Source: Thermosynechococcaceae cyanobacterium YX3bin19 (GTDB lineage: Bacteria > Cyanobacteriota > Cyanobacteriia > Thermosynechococcales > Thermosynechococcaceae). Taken from it: a stretch of DNA of 64,000 nucleotides. The notes below the pieces were generated by a model. The model was not told where the DNA came from and made no database searches. It saw only the letters and a program-made list of their open reading frames with translations. The translations under genes were made by a program, and so were the position numbers. Shown here one piece after another: positions 29,306 through 40,967 of this stretch (positions are counted from its first letter, which is position 1; each line of letters starts with the position of its first letter). The DNA lies in the NCBI GenBank assembly GCA_030447595.1, contig JAUJON010000002.1, positions 12,484 through 76,483 on the forward strand. The letters run 5' to 3'.

Positions 29306-30620
29306 TCATAATTCCTCAACTTGAGAATCCACTGACGTCGGCATAACTAACACTTTATCAACGCGGTTGCCATCCATATCCATCACTTCAAACCGCAGCC
29401 TGTGCCATTCGAAGTGATCAGCCGCTGAGGAATTCGTTCTAGATGGGTGATGACAAAGCCACCTAGAGTTTGATAACCGCTTTGCTCCTCAGCCAGATCT
29501 TCAATTTCAAACAGCCGGAAGAACTCATCGACCGGCAGCATCCCGTCTAACAGCCAGGACCCATCCTCACGCTGCACTACTTGTGGCTGCGCGAGCTCTT
29601 CAATGGAGGGCATATCCCCGACGATTGCTTCGAGAATATCATTGAGAGTGACCAACCCTTGGACCACCCCGTACTCATCAACCACTAAGGCGGTGTGGGT
29701 GCCGGATTGTTTGAATAACTCCAGGACTTTCAGGGCCAGCATACTTTCCGGAACAAACAAAGGTGTTTGTAAAGACGCCGTCAGTTCAATCAGCTCACCG
29801 GCAAGGCTACGCGCCAACAAATCTTTGACCTGCACTATCCCCACCACATTATCCAGACCACCTTGGCAAACCGGGAAACGAGAGTGGGCACTCATCGCCA
29901 TCCGGTGCTGATTTTCTGCCGGTGATTCTGCCAGATCCAGCCAGGTTATCTCTAGCCGAGGGTCATTAACCCATTGACTCGGCGATCGCCCAAGCGAAAC
30001 ACCCGCTGCAATATCTTGTTCCGCTACCTCAAAGGTTCCTGCCTCAGTCCCTTGCTCAATTAAGACTTTGATCTCCTCTTCGGTAATCTGCGGCTCTGAG
30101 AAGGCCTAATCCCCATCATCCGGAGTACTGCCTCGGTTGAGGCACTCAACAGATAAACAACCGGAGCCGCGATCGCAGATAAGGCCCGCATAGGAGCCGC
30201 TACGGTTGCGGCAATTCGCTCCGGGCTGTTCAGCGCTACCCGTTTGGGCACAAGTTCCCCAATAATCAGCGAAAGATAGGTAATGCTGACCACCACGATT
30301 CCCAGGCTCAGCGCTTGACTATAGGGTGCCAGGAAAGGAGCCTGGCGTAGCAGCCCCGCCAGCGGCTCTGCCAGGGTTGCGCCACCGAAAGCACCTGCGA
30401 AGATGCCGACAAGGGTGATACCCACTTGAACCGTTGATAGCAAGTGATTGGGAGCATTAGCCAGTTCTAGAGCGGCGCGTGCCCTTGCATTTCCCTCGTT
30501 CGCCCACTGTTGCAGCCGTACCTTCCGCGCTGAGATGATGGCAATTTCCGACATGGCGAACACCCCGTTCGCAACGATCAAGAGAAGCAGGAACAGTACT
30601 TGAAAAAATACAGGAGACAT
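29306..30620 (-). pseudogene. HlyC/CorC-family transporter (DUF21 + CBS pair + CorC_HlyC), frame-disrupted
   Basis: The N-terminal DUF21 TM domain is 30060..30620 and the CBS pair is 29383..29901. The conserved C-terminal tail SAADHFEWHRLRFEVMDMDGNRVDKVLVMPTSVDSQVEEL reads in another frame and ends at TGA (29308-29306). Confidence 0.85.
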
Positions 30621-31185
30621 TGTTTAGGTTATTTACCCGTAGCACAGACGGCACCAAATGAAAGCGGCTTGCTAAAACATCAGGCCGAAACTGACTGACA
30701 GCAGAAGACAACTATCCTCGTCTATCCTCGTCAGAATGACTGTAGCACTTCCCGAATTGATAGCCTTCTCAGCTTTTACAGTTACTATTCCAAGTCTCCA
30801 GGAGTTTTATTCGCAAGCAATGGCTGATGCTTCGTAGGCTACTGCCTTCGCAGTGCGGTCCGTACAGCCAACATCCCTAGCCTGAGTAGAGGAATAATTA
30901 GTTCTCTCCTTGACCAAACCCACATTAGTTCTGTAACGTTTCCCAGGAACTAACGAGGGGACTTTTGTAGTCCTAAATATCAGTACCGGGGGAGCTATAG
31001 AAATGCTGTCCTCGGTTTTTTTTGAAGAAACTTATGTTACAGGAAGAGTTACTGTACTGGAGTAGCCAGGTTCTAAGCTATCTTAACCTGAAGCGCCTAT
31101 CTATTGGGTTGAATGAGGAAGAACATCGGTTGCTGAATGGGCTGCAAGGAGCTATCAAACAAGCTAAGCCAGATTAGCCGCAACC

Positions 31186-31551
31186 CTAAGAAGTTGTAGA
31201 ATGGCCCTCGACGGGATACTTAAACGCTTGCCAGGCTGCCAGCCCACCTTTTAACTCAGCAACATTATGAAAACCTGCTGTCCTTAATCGAGCTGCAGCG
31301 ACAGCCGACTGCTCATCCGTCTCACCATAAAGGTAAATGTCCCGAGTTGACTCAAGACTATCTAAGGCTTGGCTCACTAGCTCGTCTAGCGGCATAGAGA
31401 GCGCGCCCAGAATGTGCCTAGCACGAAATGCCCTGCGATCGCGGATATCAAGAATCGTCAAAGCAGGTTCTCCCCAATCCAGTCGCGTCTTTAAATGCTG
31501 AACGCTTGATTGGGGCTTGAGAGGTGACGGTTCAGGAAGAATATTCATCAA
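31186..31551 (-). CDS. rhodanese-domain protein
   Basis: 121 aa with a single rhodanese fold (ILDIRDRRAFRARHILGALSMP ... IYLYGETDEQSAVAAARLRTAGFHNVAELKGGLAAW). The active-site loop has no Cys (YGETDEQS), so it is possibly non-catalytic. Confidence 0.75.
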   Translation of the reverse strand: MMNILPEPSPLKPQSSVQHLKTRLDWGEPALTILDIRDRRAFRARHILGALSMPLDELVSQALDSLESTRDIYLYGETDEQSAVAAARLRTAGFHNVAELKGGLAAWQAFKYPVEGHSTTS

Positions 31552-31932
31552 AGCTTGCTAAAGTTCCAAGTAATCATCTAGCAGTGCCCTCCCTGAGTAA
31601 AGAGAGAGGAGTGCCGTTTGGCAGAAATAGCTCATTATAAGCAACTTAACTTGCTTGAAAGCTACTGATGCCTATCTCAGCACATTCGGCCTGTCTAGGG
31701 TTGAGGCACCTACTTTACAAGACTATGCTCACTGAGGTAACAGGACGCCCCATCAACTCTATGCCTGAAATTTGCGGCAGAGATAATTGTGCGACTTCCA
31801 GATAGGGTTATGAGAGTTAGTACTTATTTTTATATTGCTAACCTAACAGTAAACTTTACAAAAAGCAAAACTTTTGTAATAACTAAGGCTAACAAGTGAG
31901 CTTTAGCACTCCTAGTTTTCCAAATGGACCGT

Positions 31933-33084
31933 TTACTGTACTACAGCTCGCTCAAGCACCGAGCCGTCAGTAGTTTTATAGTCCGCGATCTTCCAGCTGC
32001 CATCGACAGACTGCAGGGTATAACGGATTAAGCGTGTTTCAAAGTCAGTCTGACTAGCATCTACCTTGCCATTGCGATAGAGCGTGCGGTCCTCAGTGAC
32101 TTTTACCTCAACAGTTGCCTTGTTGCCATTCGCAACAAACCGCTCTACAGACTCAACTTTTTGGACACCAAACCGATAGTAAGCCTGATTATTCTTCAGC
32201 CAAGCCATTACTCCGCTCGGTTGAACTAAATTTTTGGAGAGTTCTCCTGTGGTCAGTTGACCCACTAGTTGGCGATCAAAAGGAGATGCAAAAATTTGTT
32301 GCTTGGCCTGCAGCCATTTGTTGATGAGATCAACCGCTTGCACCTGGGTAATTGTGCCAGCTTGAACAGAGGCTGATTGAGCGGGAACGCCTTGGTTAGC
32401 CGACGGTTGTGTAGGCATTGCTGATGTAGCCTGGCGATGCTGAAGCCGGCTGGTGACATTTCGAATCGCCTGGGTAGCATAGGTATCACCAGGGCGCTCA
32501 GCTAAAGCTCTTCTAAAACTAATCAAAGCGGTTTGATAGTCCCTTTTTTTGTTGGCGCTGTAGCCAATCTGCATATGACGATCATAGTTAGATTGCTGAG
32601 GTTCTACTTGTAAAGGCTGACGAGATCCTAACTGCCGCTGGTAGAAGCTGAGGACTTTTTGTGTATAGGGAGCAGTTTGCCCACTGTTGTACCGTTGGGG
32701 GTCGCCCGTCATCCACCAGGCAGCAGCTCGACGGATAGCAATAGACTCGTTTTTACCGCTAGCACGATACTCATCTCGGACTACATCACGCATGACACAC
32801 TCAATAATCGCGCGTGCCGTCACCGGGCTGGCCTCAAATTGAGCAATGGAAAGTTCCTGGCCAGTACAGCCCTTGGACCAGCGGGGGATATTAGCGGGCA
32901 AAATCTGCCAGTCACTATAGAGTCCATCGTTTTTGGTGCCGGTCTGCGGCGCTGCCTGTCGCAGCGCCTCAACGAGTGCGCTGACTTGAACGCTAGACTG
33001 GGCTTGTACAGGGAACCACAGCACAGCACTAAGAATCACTGCCTTTAGAGATAAGTGCATAGCTTGCTTCCGACTCAATGGCAT
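31933..33084 (-). CDS. secreted protein with C-terminal ARC6-like IMS domain (DUF4101)
   Basis: 383 aa with a signal peptide. The C-terminal roughly 120 aa (INKWLQAKQQIFASPFDRQLVGQLTTGEL ... YYRFGVQKVESVERF ... IRYTLQSVDGSWKIADY) follows the IMS/DUF4101 pattern. Confidence 0.6.
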   Translation of the reverse strand: MPLSRKQAMHLSLKAVILSAVLWFPVQAQSSVQVSALVEALRQAAPQTGTKNDGLYSDWQILPANIPRWSKGCTGQELSIAQFEASPVTARAIIECVMRDVVRDEYRASGKNESIAIRRAAAWWMTGDPQRYNSGQTAPYTQKVLSFYQRQLGSRQPLQVEPQQSNYDRHMQIGYSANKKRDYQTALISFRRALAERPGDTYATQAIRNVTSRLQHRQATSAMPTQPSANQGVPAQSASVQAGTITQVQAVDLINKWLQAKQQIFASPFDRQLVGQLTTGELSKNLVQPSGVMAWLKNNQAYYRFGVQKVESVERFVANGNKATVEVKVTEDRTLYRNGKVDASQTDFETRLIRYTLQSVDGSWKIADYKTTDGSVLERAVVQ

Positions 33085-33233
33085 CCCCTTAAATCAACAT
33101 CAGGAAGCAAAGTTACCGTGATTAAGAAACCTACACGTCTATCATGAGATAGAACTATACCCTCGACTAAGATCGCAGTCAGAAAGCAGCTAAAAATGTA
33201 GCTGGTAGGTGCTGCTCTAGGCTGAAACCTGTT

Positions 33234-33479
33234 ATGTCGTTAGAACAAACCTATTCAGAAACACAGATATTGATCTGTCAAAATCGTACCTGCCGGAAAG
33301 CGGGGGCTGCTAAGGTTCTGCAAATCTTCAAAGAACTGGCCCCTGAAGATATTGCTATAGTTGGCTGTGGCTGTTTGGGACACTGCGGTTCCGGGCCGAT
33401 GGCCTTGGTACTGCCTGGGGAATCTTGGTATGACCACGTACAGCCAGGAGCTGTAGATGAGATTATCCAGAGGCTCTAA
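33234..33479 (+). CDS. thioredoxin-like [2Fe-2S] ferredoxin domain protein
   Basis: 81 aa with Cys ligand pattern CQNRTC ... GCGCLGHCGSGP. Confidence 0.75.
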   Translation: MSLEQTYSETQILICQNRTCRKAGAAKVLQIFKELAPEDIAIVGCGCLGHCGSGPMALVLPGESWYDHVQPGAVDEIIQRL

Positions 33480-33527
33480 ATAGCATGCTATTTAGACTAA
33501 ACTTATACCCTTAAGAGGGGCTATTTT

Positions 33528-33938
33528 ATGACTTACACCGTTATTTACGATGGCAACTGTAACTTGTGTACTACCCTGGTACAAGTCTTAGAGCGCTTCG
33601 ATCAAGGCGATCGCTTCCACTACATCCCAATGCAGGACCAGAAAATTCAGGACTACGGCATTACTGCCCAAGATTGCGAACAAGGCATGATTTTAATCAA
33701 CGATACTCTACCGGAGCAACGGTGGCAGGGCAGTGGCGCGGCTGAGGAAATTGGCCGCCTACTGCCCATGGGAGAAGTGTTTGTTAACCTCTACCGGGGC
33801 CTCCCAGGACCCAAGTGGCTAGGAGACCAGATCTATGAGCAAGTGCGAGATAATCGTTATGCCTGGTTTGGCAAGCGTTCACAGACCTACCAGTCAACCT
33901 ATCCAGCTTGTAAAACAGATAGGTGCCCAACGCCTTAG
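33528..33938 (+). CDS. DCC1-like thiol-disulfide oxidoreductase (DUF393)
   Basis: 136 aa with the N-terminal motif VIYDGNCNLCTTLVQVLERFD. Confidence 0.8.
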   Translation: MTYTVIYDGNCNLCTTLVQVLERFDQGDRFHYIPMQDQKIQDYGITAQDCEQGMILINDTLPEQRWQGSGAAEEIGRLLPMGEVFVNLYRGLPGPKWLGDQIYEQVRDNRYAWFGKRSQTYQSTYPACKTDRCPTP

Positions 33939-34019
33939 CACTGACAATTTACAGCTTGGCCTCTGCTCACTCAATTTCCAATGTTCTCGGTAGCGGGCTT
34001 GCCGGGGGAATTAAGCTTC

Positions 34020-35757
34020 ATGTTTGGGATTCAACCCTTACCGATTGATGCCATTGATCGCATTGCTGCTGGGGAGGTGATTGACTCATTAGCTGCTGTG
34101 GTGCGGGAACTAATCGATAATGCTTTGGACGCTGGGGCAAGGCGGATCGCTATTTCGCTGTGGCCTCAACAATGGCGAGTCCGCGTGGCAGATAATGGCA
34201 GCGGGATGAGTTTAAGCGATCTACAGCAGGCTGCCGCTCCCCATACAACCAGTAAAATTCGCTGCAGTCAAGACCTCGATCAGGTTACTAGTTTAGGATT
34301 TCGAGGTGAAGCGCTGCATAGTCTGGCTCAGCTAGCAACTTTAGAAATTTGTAGCCGTCGGGCTCAGACTCGGGAAGGTTGGCGGGTCGCTTATAGCGCC
34401 CAAGGCCAACCAGTAGAGCCAGAAACAATCGCGATCGCCCCCGGTACGATTGTTACAGTCAGTGAGCTATTTAAGACTTGGCCCTCGCGCCGTCAGGTAC
34501 CGACTGCGGCTCAGCAGCGCCTGGTTCAGGCCGTAATTCAACAGAGTGCCCTATGTCACCCCAGCGTTGCCTGGCAGGTGCAGCAAAACGATCGCCCCTG
34601 GTTTGCCATTGCTCCCGGCAGCTGCGCCCGAGATATTTTGCCCCAAGTATTGCCATCGGTTCGCCCCAGTGATTTACAAGGGCTGAAGATTCAGGTACCC
34701 AATCCCATCGCCGCAGGGGGGATCAGTGCTGATGCGGGGACAACTCTGCTAGCTCAGCCTTCTCAGGGTGAAGTACCTAATCAGCTAGAGGTGGTCCTGG
34801 GTTTACCAGATCGGTGCCATCGTCATCGCCCCGACTGGGTGCGGGTTGCTGTGAACGGCCGTCAGGTTCAGGTGGGACCGCGATCTCCAGAACTCGAGCA
34901 CACGATTTTTGAGGCGTTCCGGCAGACGCTCCCCCGCAACCGCCATCCGGTTTGTTTTGTGCACCTGCAGATTTCCCCGGAACAAGTAGACTGGAATCGC
35001 CATCCTGCAAAAACTGAAGTGTATTTGCGTCATCTCAATTACTGGCGCGAGCAGGTGGCCCAGGCAATCGGGCGATCGCTACAACTAGATTTATGCCATT
35101 CCTCAGAGGCCAGCCAAACGCAGCGAGTGACAAAATTGCTAAAAGCAGCGGAGGCAAAGGGGTTCTACAATCTCAACCGCTCACTTGAAGCCAGCGTTTA
35201 TGGCAATGGATCGAGTCTTACCCCGCTGGGGGCAGTCGCGCTAATCCACCAAAGCTATATTTTGGGGGAGCATCCTACTGGACTATGGCTGTTCGGGCAG
35301 CCCAGTGCCCACGTGCGAGTGCTGTATGAACAACTGTGTCGTAACTGGCAGCTTGTGGACCTAGAACCACCCGTTGTCCTAAGTCATCTTTCTCCAGCTC
35401 AGCTGGAACAACTACAGCATTTAGGAATCCCAGTAGACCCCCTTTGGTCACGACCTTTGGGCTGCTCGCAAGGCACCCCAACTACTAGCCCCAAGATCAG
35501 ACTGCCGTGAAGCTCTGCAGGAATTGAGCTTAGGAGGGTTACAGGCCGCTCAAGTCGCAACAGCCTGTCGCAGTGCTATTCGTAACGGCACATCCCTCAA
35601 CTTAGAACAGATGCAAACCTTACTAGACCAGTGGCAGCAAACCCGCCATCCCCGCACCTGCCCCCACGGTCGCCCAATTTATCTCTCTTTGGAAGAGTCG
35701 GACCTGGCTCGCTTTTTCCGGCGACACTGGGTTGTCGGCAAAAGCCACGGCATCTAA
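34020..35757 (+). pseudogene. mutL: DNA mismatch repair protein MutL, frame-disrupted
   Basis: ATG 34020 gives MFGIQPLPIDAIDRIAAGEVIDSLAAVVRELIDNALDAGA (GHKL ATPase). The C-terminal dimerisation domain continues in ORF 35524..35757 (ACRSAIRNGT ... TCPHGRPIYL ... FFRRHW). One break lies at a C5 run at about 35445. A short out-of-frame patch lies around LWLFGQPSAHVRVLYEQL. Confidence 0.9.
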
Positions 35758-35758
35758 G

Positions 35759-37052
35759 TTAGACCCTTAACTTTTCTGGGGCAACGGTCGGCTGTTGCGC
35801 TAACAGCCGGTTATAAAGATCGCTCAGCTGCGAGGCTACCCCACGCCAGCTAAACTTCTCTACCATCCGCTTGCGCGCAGCTTCACTCAACTGCTGTTGC
35901 CAGTCGGGATTGGCCAAAATTCGGTCAATTGCGGCGGCAAAGGCCGCTGCATCCTTGGGGGGAGCTGGCAAGCCCGTCTCTTCAGGGACAACGGTAAACT
36001 GCAAGCCGCCGACGTCACTGGCAACCACTGGGGTACCGCTCGCCATCGCCTCGATTGCCACCAGGCCAAATGGTTCGTAATGGCTGGGAACGACACAGAC
36101 ATCGGCTGCAGCGTAGTAAACCGGCAAATCAGCATCATCCAAACGCCCAGGGAATACCGTTAAATCCCTAAGACCCAGTTCTGCCACGATGCCTTCAATG
36201 CGATCGCGCTCAATCCCATCACTTTTTCCTGGACGACTGCCACCCCCAATAACTAACCGCAGATCTGCTGTCGATCGTAAGCTAGATTCACCCACGGCTC
36301 GCACCAGGGTTTCAATTCCCTTACGGGGATCAAAGCGACCGACATAGAGAATCATTTTCGTCTCTGGGGCCATCCCCAACTTCTGCCGGGCTGACTGGCG
36401 GGGAATTGAACCAAACCGCTCCACATCAGTGCCACAGGGAATCACCTCTATATTCCCCTTATCGGAGACCAGCGATCTCTATGCGCCTCTTCTTGAGGAC
36501 TGGTGGCAACAATTCGCTCCGCCGTCTCCAAACAAGCTTTCTCAACGGCAGGCGCGTTCCCGCAATCATCGGCACTTGAGAAACACTGCGGTACTTGACG
36601 GCTCCCAGAGAATGGTATGCACCTGCACCATAGGCTGATGCTTCTTTAACTCCATTCCACCCAGCTAGAAAGCCAGTAATTGGTGTGCACTAGAGAGTAG
36701 GGCGGGCTTGCTGTTGCTGAAAGGCCAGAAACTGCTGCACAAACTCCGGTAGATGTTCAAAGATCTCGTCTCGTGAGATAAACTCAGGGCGACCTGCAGT
36801 GAGCCGGATGGTACGGCAACGGGCTGAATGCTCAATAATATCCTGCTGCTCAGGACTTACTCGCCGAGTGAACATATCCACTTGCCAGCCTTGCTCAGCT
36901 AAAGCCTCACCGACATGCCGGACATAAACGTTTTGTCCACCTGCTTCTTCTTTGCCGATTTCAATTGCCGGATCGCCATGAACCGAAATCAAGGCAATGT
37001 GCCGCTTGGACTGAGAATCCTGTTGATCTTGAGAAGTATTGAACATACCCAC
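35759..37052 (-). pseudogene. GT4-family glycosyltransferase (MshA/sucrose-phosphate-synthase-like), frame-disrupted
   Basis: The N-terminal piece 36690..37052 reads IALISVHGDPAIEIGKEEAGGQNVYVRHVGEAL. The C-terminal piece 35759..36445 carries the GT1/GT4 motif (VVPSHYEPFGLVAIEAMASGTPVVASDVGGL). The middle section (about 36446-36690) is out of frame. Confidence 0.75.
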
Positions 37053-37334
37053 TAATAAATACAGTGATTGAGGTGTGCAAACGGCTCGCTTCTACTCAAG
37101 GCAGAATTTTCCTTCTACCTTGTCTCTTTTTTGGAAAGCTATGCTGGCAGGGAAATACGTTCAAAGTTGTTTGGTAGAGACCAGCATAAGATGCTTCTAA
37201 CTCTTTTAGGTCGAAAGCTTTTCCAGCACTGAACAGTAGTTTAATCTATGTTCAGGCTATGACTTGATATCCAGGCTACAAGAGTAAATCGCCTTGTTGT
37301 TAAAGGTATCTGCAACGATTTGACGCCATCGATA

Positions 37335-37817
37335 TTATCTCAAAACTATCCACTGATCGACGTCTTTCCAATTATAGATATGCGTTGACATATAATTACC
37401 GTACTCACTATCGTGAAAGTTAAAGACGTCTGGATGGGCCTGCCAAACTTGACGAATAAACTGATTCAGTTGCTGGCGGGCTGCCAAGGCATTAAAGTTA
37501 TCAACTTTTTCCCCTTCTTGTAACTCTAACTGGGCTAGCAGGGGCAATACCTCTGTATCTAAAGCAACTCGGAACAATGCCCCAGGCCAGAGTAGATCTG
37601 CCCCCTGCCTCAAGTCATAAACTGTAGGCGCATCCTCAATGGTGCTGAACCCTGAAGCTGAATAGAACCACTCGGAAGGATACATAACTAAACCCAGTGG
37701 GCGAACCCAGCACATCTGGCGCGCCTCTATTGTTTGAATCACTTCAGCATAAAGGCGTGTAGCTTTGTACTCTAGATAAACAATTTGGTAAACCTGAAAG
37801 TTAGGGAAGACGTTCAC
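37335..37817 (-). CDS. hypothetical protein
   Basis: Clean 160-aa ORF with no recognisable motifs. Confidence 0.5.
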   Translation of the reverse strand: MNVFPNFQVYQIVYLEYKATRLYAEVIQTIEARQMCWVRPLGLVMYPSEWFYSASGFSTIEDAPTVYDLRQGADLLWPGALFRVALDTEVLPLLAQLELQEGEKVDNFNALAARQQLNQFIRQVWQAHPDVFNFHDSEYGNYMSTHIYNWKDVDQWIVLR

Positions 37818-37983
37818 AAACGGCTAACCTAGATAACTGAAAAGTTTTCCGATGGCTGCTTTTATCTTAAGGCTATTCCGAGTTGAGCTACACCGGGTAA
37901 AGCTGCTCGGGGTCCCCTGGATTTAGGGGCTCAAGGCCTTGAACCCAGTGACCTCGTTATCCCCAACAGACCCAAGAAGCATG

Positions 37984-38551
37984 TCAAAATAGGTTGATCC
38001 CCAACAAGTCTTGGATACGGCCCTCCAACGCACTCAGTTGGCGATAGGCTCGCACGAGGCGATCGCCCTCAACATGCACCTCTGAGGTTGGATACCTTTG
38101 AATTGTTTCTATGAGGGTAATCTTGCCATCCCTCGCAGCAGACAAAACTAACGCTGAGCGAAGAGCTTGGCGGTCTGCCCCAGCGGCAGGAGTATGCACA
38201 GCCTGACTAACCTGGTCCAGCAGAATGCCTCCCACTGGACCTGTTGAGTACTCGATCCTAAAAAACAATTGGGCTCACCGAGATGGGTGCATTGAGAGCT
38301 TGACGAACTTCTTGAGGGTTGGCTCGCCCTGCCTTTAAGTAGAATCGCAGCGGTGCCGAAACTTCTCCAGTTTCGGCAAAAGCCGTAAGCTCATTGACCC
38401 GGACAGAACCCCGGAAAACTCCGTATTCTAGTACCACCTTTTCTGCCGCAGTTACCTGAGCACTGTAAAGGAAAGCACTTGTAATTGCTCCTAAGCAGAA
38501 TATTTGACGGAGTGAAAGAAACGATAAGCGCATAGTCAAATCCCAGAACAT
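37984..38551 (-). pseudogene. DUF1400-like secreted protein, one frame break
   Basis: Pieces 38258..38551 (signal peptide, then VVLEYGVFRGSVRVNELTAFAETGEVSAPLRFYLK) and 37984..38268. The combined layout matches the cyanobacterial DUF1400 pattern as I recall it. Confidence 0.55.
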
Positions 38552-38631
38552 CTAGTTCTATTTCGACTATACTCAACAAAATTGGTTGCAGCCTTCTACC
38601 AAAAGAACTGCTGAATCTATTCTCTAACCCT

Positions 38632-39392
38632 ATGCTGCTGAATCAACCATTTTTTTTAGCCGGAGGTCAACAAGCCTGTCTACTACTCCATGGCCTGGGT
38701 AGCGGTGTTTATGAGATGCAGTTACTCGGGCAGTATCTGCACCAATTAGGCTTGACGGTACAAGCAATTCACTACCCTGGTCATGATGAATTAGCGCCTA
38801 AAATGCCAGCCTCTACTTGGCAACAGTGGTATGACCATGTCCTTGAAGCCTATGACGAACTTGCTCATAAATACAGTTCTATTTCCGTCATTGGCTTTTC
38901 CACGGGTTGTCTCCTAGGTTTACACTTATCTGCTTCCTTTCCACTGGAAAAGCTTGTTTTGTTGTGCCTTTCCTGGCACTCAAGCGGGAATGGTATTACT
39001 TCTTACCCTTGAAGCTTACCTATTTTCCTTTGGTTGGCTGATTCATGACATTCCCCGATTAAGATTGCCGATCCAAGACTTGCAAATGCGAGCAGTAGCC
39101 GAGAAAGCCGCATTTTTTCGCACTTTTTGTCTGCTGTCCGCAGTGCCGTTGAGTTGATCGACCAAGTCAAAGCCGAGTTACCTCAGATCTATGCACCCAC
39201 GTTGATTATCCAATCTCGTAAAGATACCGTGGTTGATCCATCAGGAGCCCAGTGGATTTTTCAGCACTTAGGCTCCCCATCAAGAAACTACACTGGCTGG
39301 AACAATCGGACCACATTATTCCCCTAGATCTCGAACGAGAGGAGGTGTTTTCCCAGGTTGGAGAATTCTTGTCCTCCATCAGTTTTGTCTAG
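38632..39392 (+). pseudogene. alpha/beta hydrolase (carboxylesterase-type), frame-disrupted
   Basis: The sequence reads LLLHGLGSGVYEM ... nucleophile elbow GFSTGC ... later pieces 38954.. and 39127... The tail KKLHWLEQSDHIIPLDLEREEVFSQVGEFLSSISFV ends at TAG 39390-39392 in another frame. Confidence 0.75.
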
Positions 39393-39618
39393 GGATAGTG
39401 GTTCAGTACCTGCCAGTGTACCTCAGCCAAATAATTGGCAATTAATCAAATTTTTCTCCAAACAAAGAGCAGCTTCCTCACTAAGTAAAAGCAGCCATAG
39501 GAGACGCTACAGCAGTTCTCACACAGATGAAGTACAAGGTTAGAGGCAAAACCTTCTTGCGGCTTTCTGTGGGTTCTCAGTGTTGTACCGTCATTCGAAC
39601 GGCTGTAAACTAGGTTTT

Positions 39619-40060
39619 AGGGAAAGAGCAGGCGCAGGTGGTTGCAGACTCGTAGATATCTATGAGTCTGAGGAAAGTCCGGCTCCCGAAAGACCAAACT
39701 TGCTGGGTAACGCCCAGTGCGGGTGACCGTGAGGAAAGTGCCACAGAAAAATACCGCCGCTTCAGAGTTATGAGCTACGAGTGCTGAGTTTTGAGTTATC
39801 CATTCAAAACTTAAAATCAAAGCTCAAACCTACTGCGGTAAGGGTGCAAAGGTGTGGTAAGAGCGCACCAGTAACGTCGAGAGGCGTTGGCTCGGTAAAC
39901 CCCGGTTGGGAGCAAGGTGGAAGGAACAACGGTTGGTCTTTTACCGGTTCTGTTTGAGATACCGCTAGAGGCGTTTGGTAACAGACGTCCCAGATAGATA
40001 ACTGCCCTTCTGTTTAATAACCAGGAGAACAGAACCCGGCTTATGTCCAGCTCTTTCCTA
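39619..40060 (+). ncRNA. rnpB: RNase P RNA (bacterial type A)
   Basis: Universal blocks are GAGGAAAGTCCGG (39670-39682) and ACAGAACCCGGCTTAT (40029-40044). P1 pairing is GGAAAGAGC (39621-39629) with GCTCTTTCC (40050-40058). P4-forming and GGTAA/AGGGTGCAAAGGTG-type segments are present. Confidence 0.9.
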
Positions 40061-40082
40061 ATTTATTTGCCCGTCTAGATCC

Positions 40083-40823
40083 ATGTCTCTTTGCGATCCT
40101 CGTCGCCAGAATCAACTCCAGAAGCTGATTGAAAAGTTAGGCTTACCTAAAAATTCACCCATTGAGTGGTCCTTACTCGATATCGCCCTTACTCACCCTA
40201 CCTATTCACCACAAGCCAACTATGAGCAGCTTGAATTTGTCGGTGATGCAGTGATCCGCCTAGCGGCGGCTGAATTCTTGTTCACCAGCTATTCTGAGTG
40301 TTCAGTCGGTGAACTGTCGGCTATCCGTTCTGTACTAGTGAGCGATCGCGCCTTGGCCCAGATCGGTAACAGCTATGGTTTAGAGCGTTATCTTCTGGTT
40401 GCTGCTAGCGCCGCTAAAGATCCCAACGGTCAAGAGTCTCGCTTAGCCGACGCATTTGAAGCCATGGTAGGCGCTCTCTATTTCAGCAGCCACGATCTCA
40501 AGCCGATCTATCCCTGGCTGGAGCGCCATCTCATAGACCTAGCTGAAGCGGTCCGAGCCGATCCTGCTTATCAAAACTATAAGGCAGCTTTACAGGTATG
40601 GACTCAAGCGCAACATCAAAGCCTGCCAGAGTATCGAGTTCAAGACTCTGGTCAGATCCAAGACGCTCATCGTTATACGGCTGAAGTTTGGCTCGAAGGT
40701 GAGCGGATTGGCCAAGGAAGCGGGCGTTCAATCAAAGCGGCTGAGAAGGCCGCGGCCTTTGCGGCCTGGGAAAGGCTGCAGGCATCTAGTTTGGGGCCTG
40801 GCCAGCCAACGAAGCCATGCTAA
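40083..40823 (+). CDS. rnc: ribonuclease III
   Basis: 246 aa with the RNase III signature NYEQLEFVGDAV and a C-terminal dsRBD (GRSIKAAEKAAAFAAWERL). Confidence 0.9.
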   Translation: MSLCDPRRQNQLQKLIEKLGLPKNSPIEWSLLDIALTHPTYSPQANYEQLEFVGDAVIRLAAAEFLFTSYSECSVGELSAIRSVLVSDRALAQIGNSYGLERYLLVAASAAKDPNGQESRLADAFEAMVGALYFSSHDLKPIYPWLERHLIDLAEAVRADPAYQNYKAALQVWTQAQHQSLPEYRVQDSGQIQDAHRYTAEVWLEGERIGQGSGRSIKAAEKAAAFAAWERLQASSLGPGQPTKPC

Positions 40824-40967
40824 ATCCTGCTTTTGTCCCAAGTGGCCAAAATTAAAGGACAGCACTGATATGGATAGGGATAGCCTCACAGCGCCCTACT
40901 GCGAGATAATAGGTAGGATCGACAGTACTACGATCAATTCTTTAATATTTGCTGGGGAGAAAACTGC

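Noticed and set aside
30712-30731. Tandem 10-mer CTATCCTCGT repeated twice, upstream of the CorC-family gene
   Set aside because: There are only two copies and no further periodicity or palindromic character. It is most likely a trivial slippage duplication.
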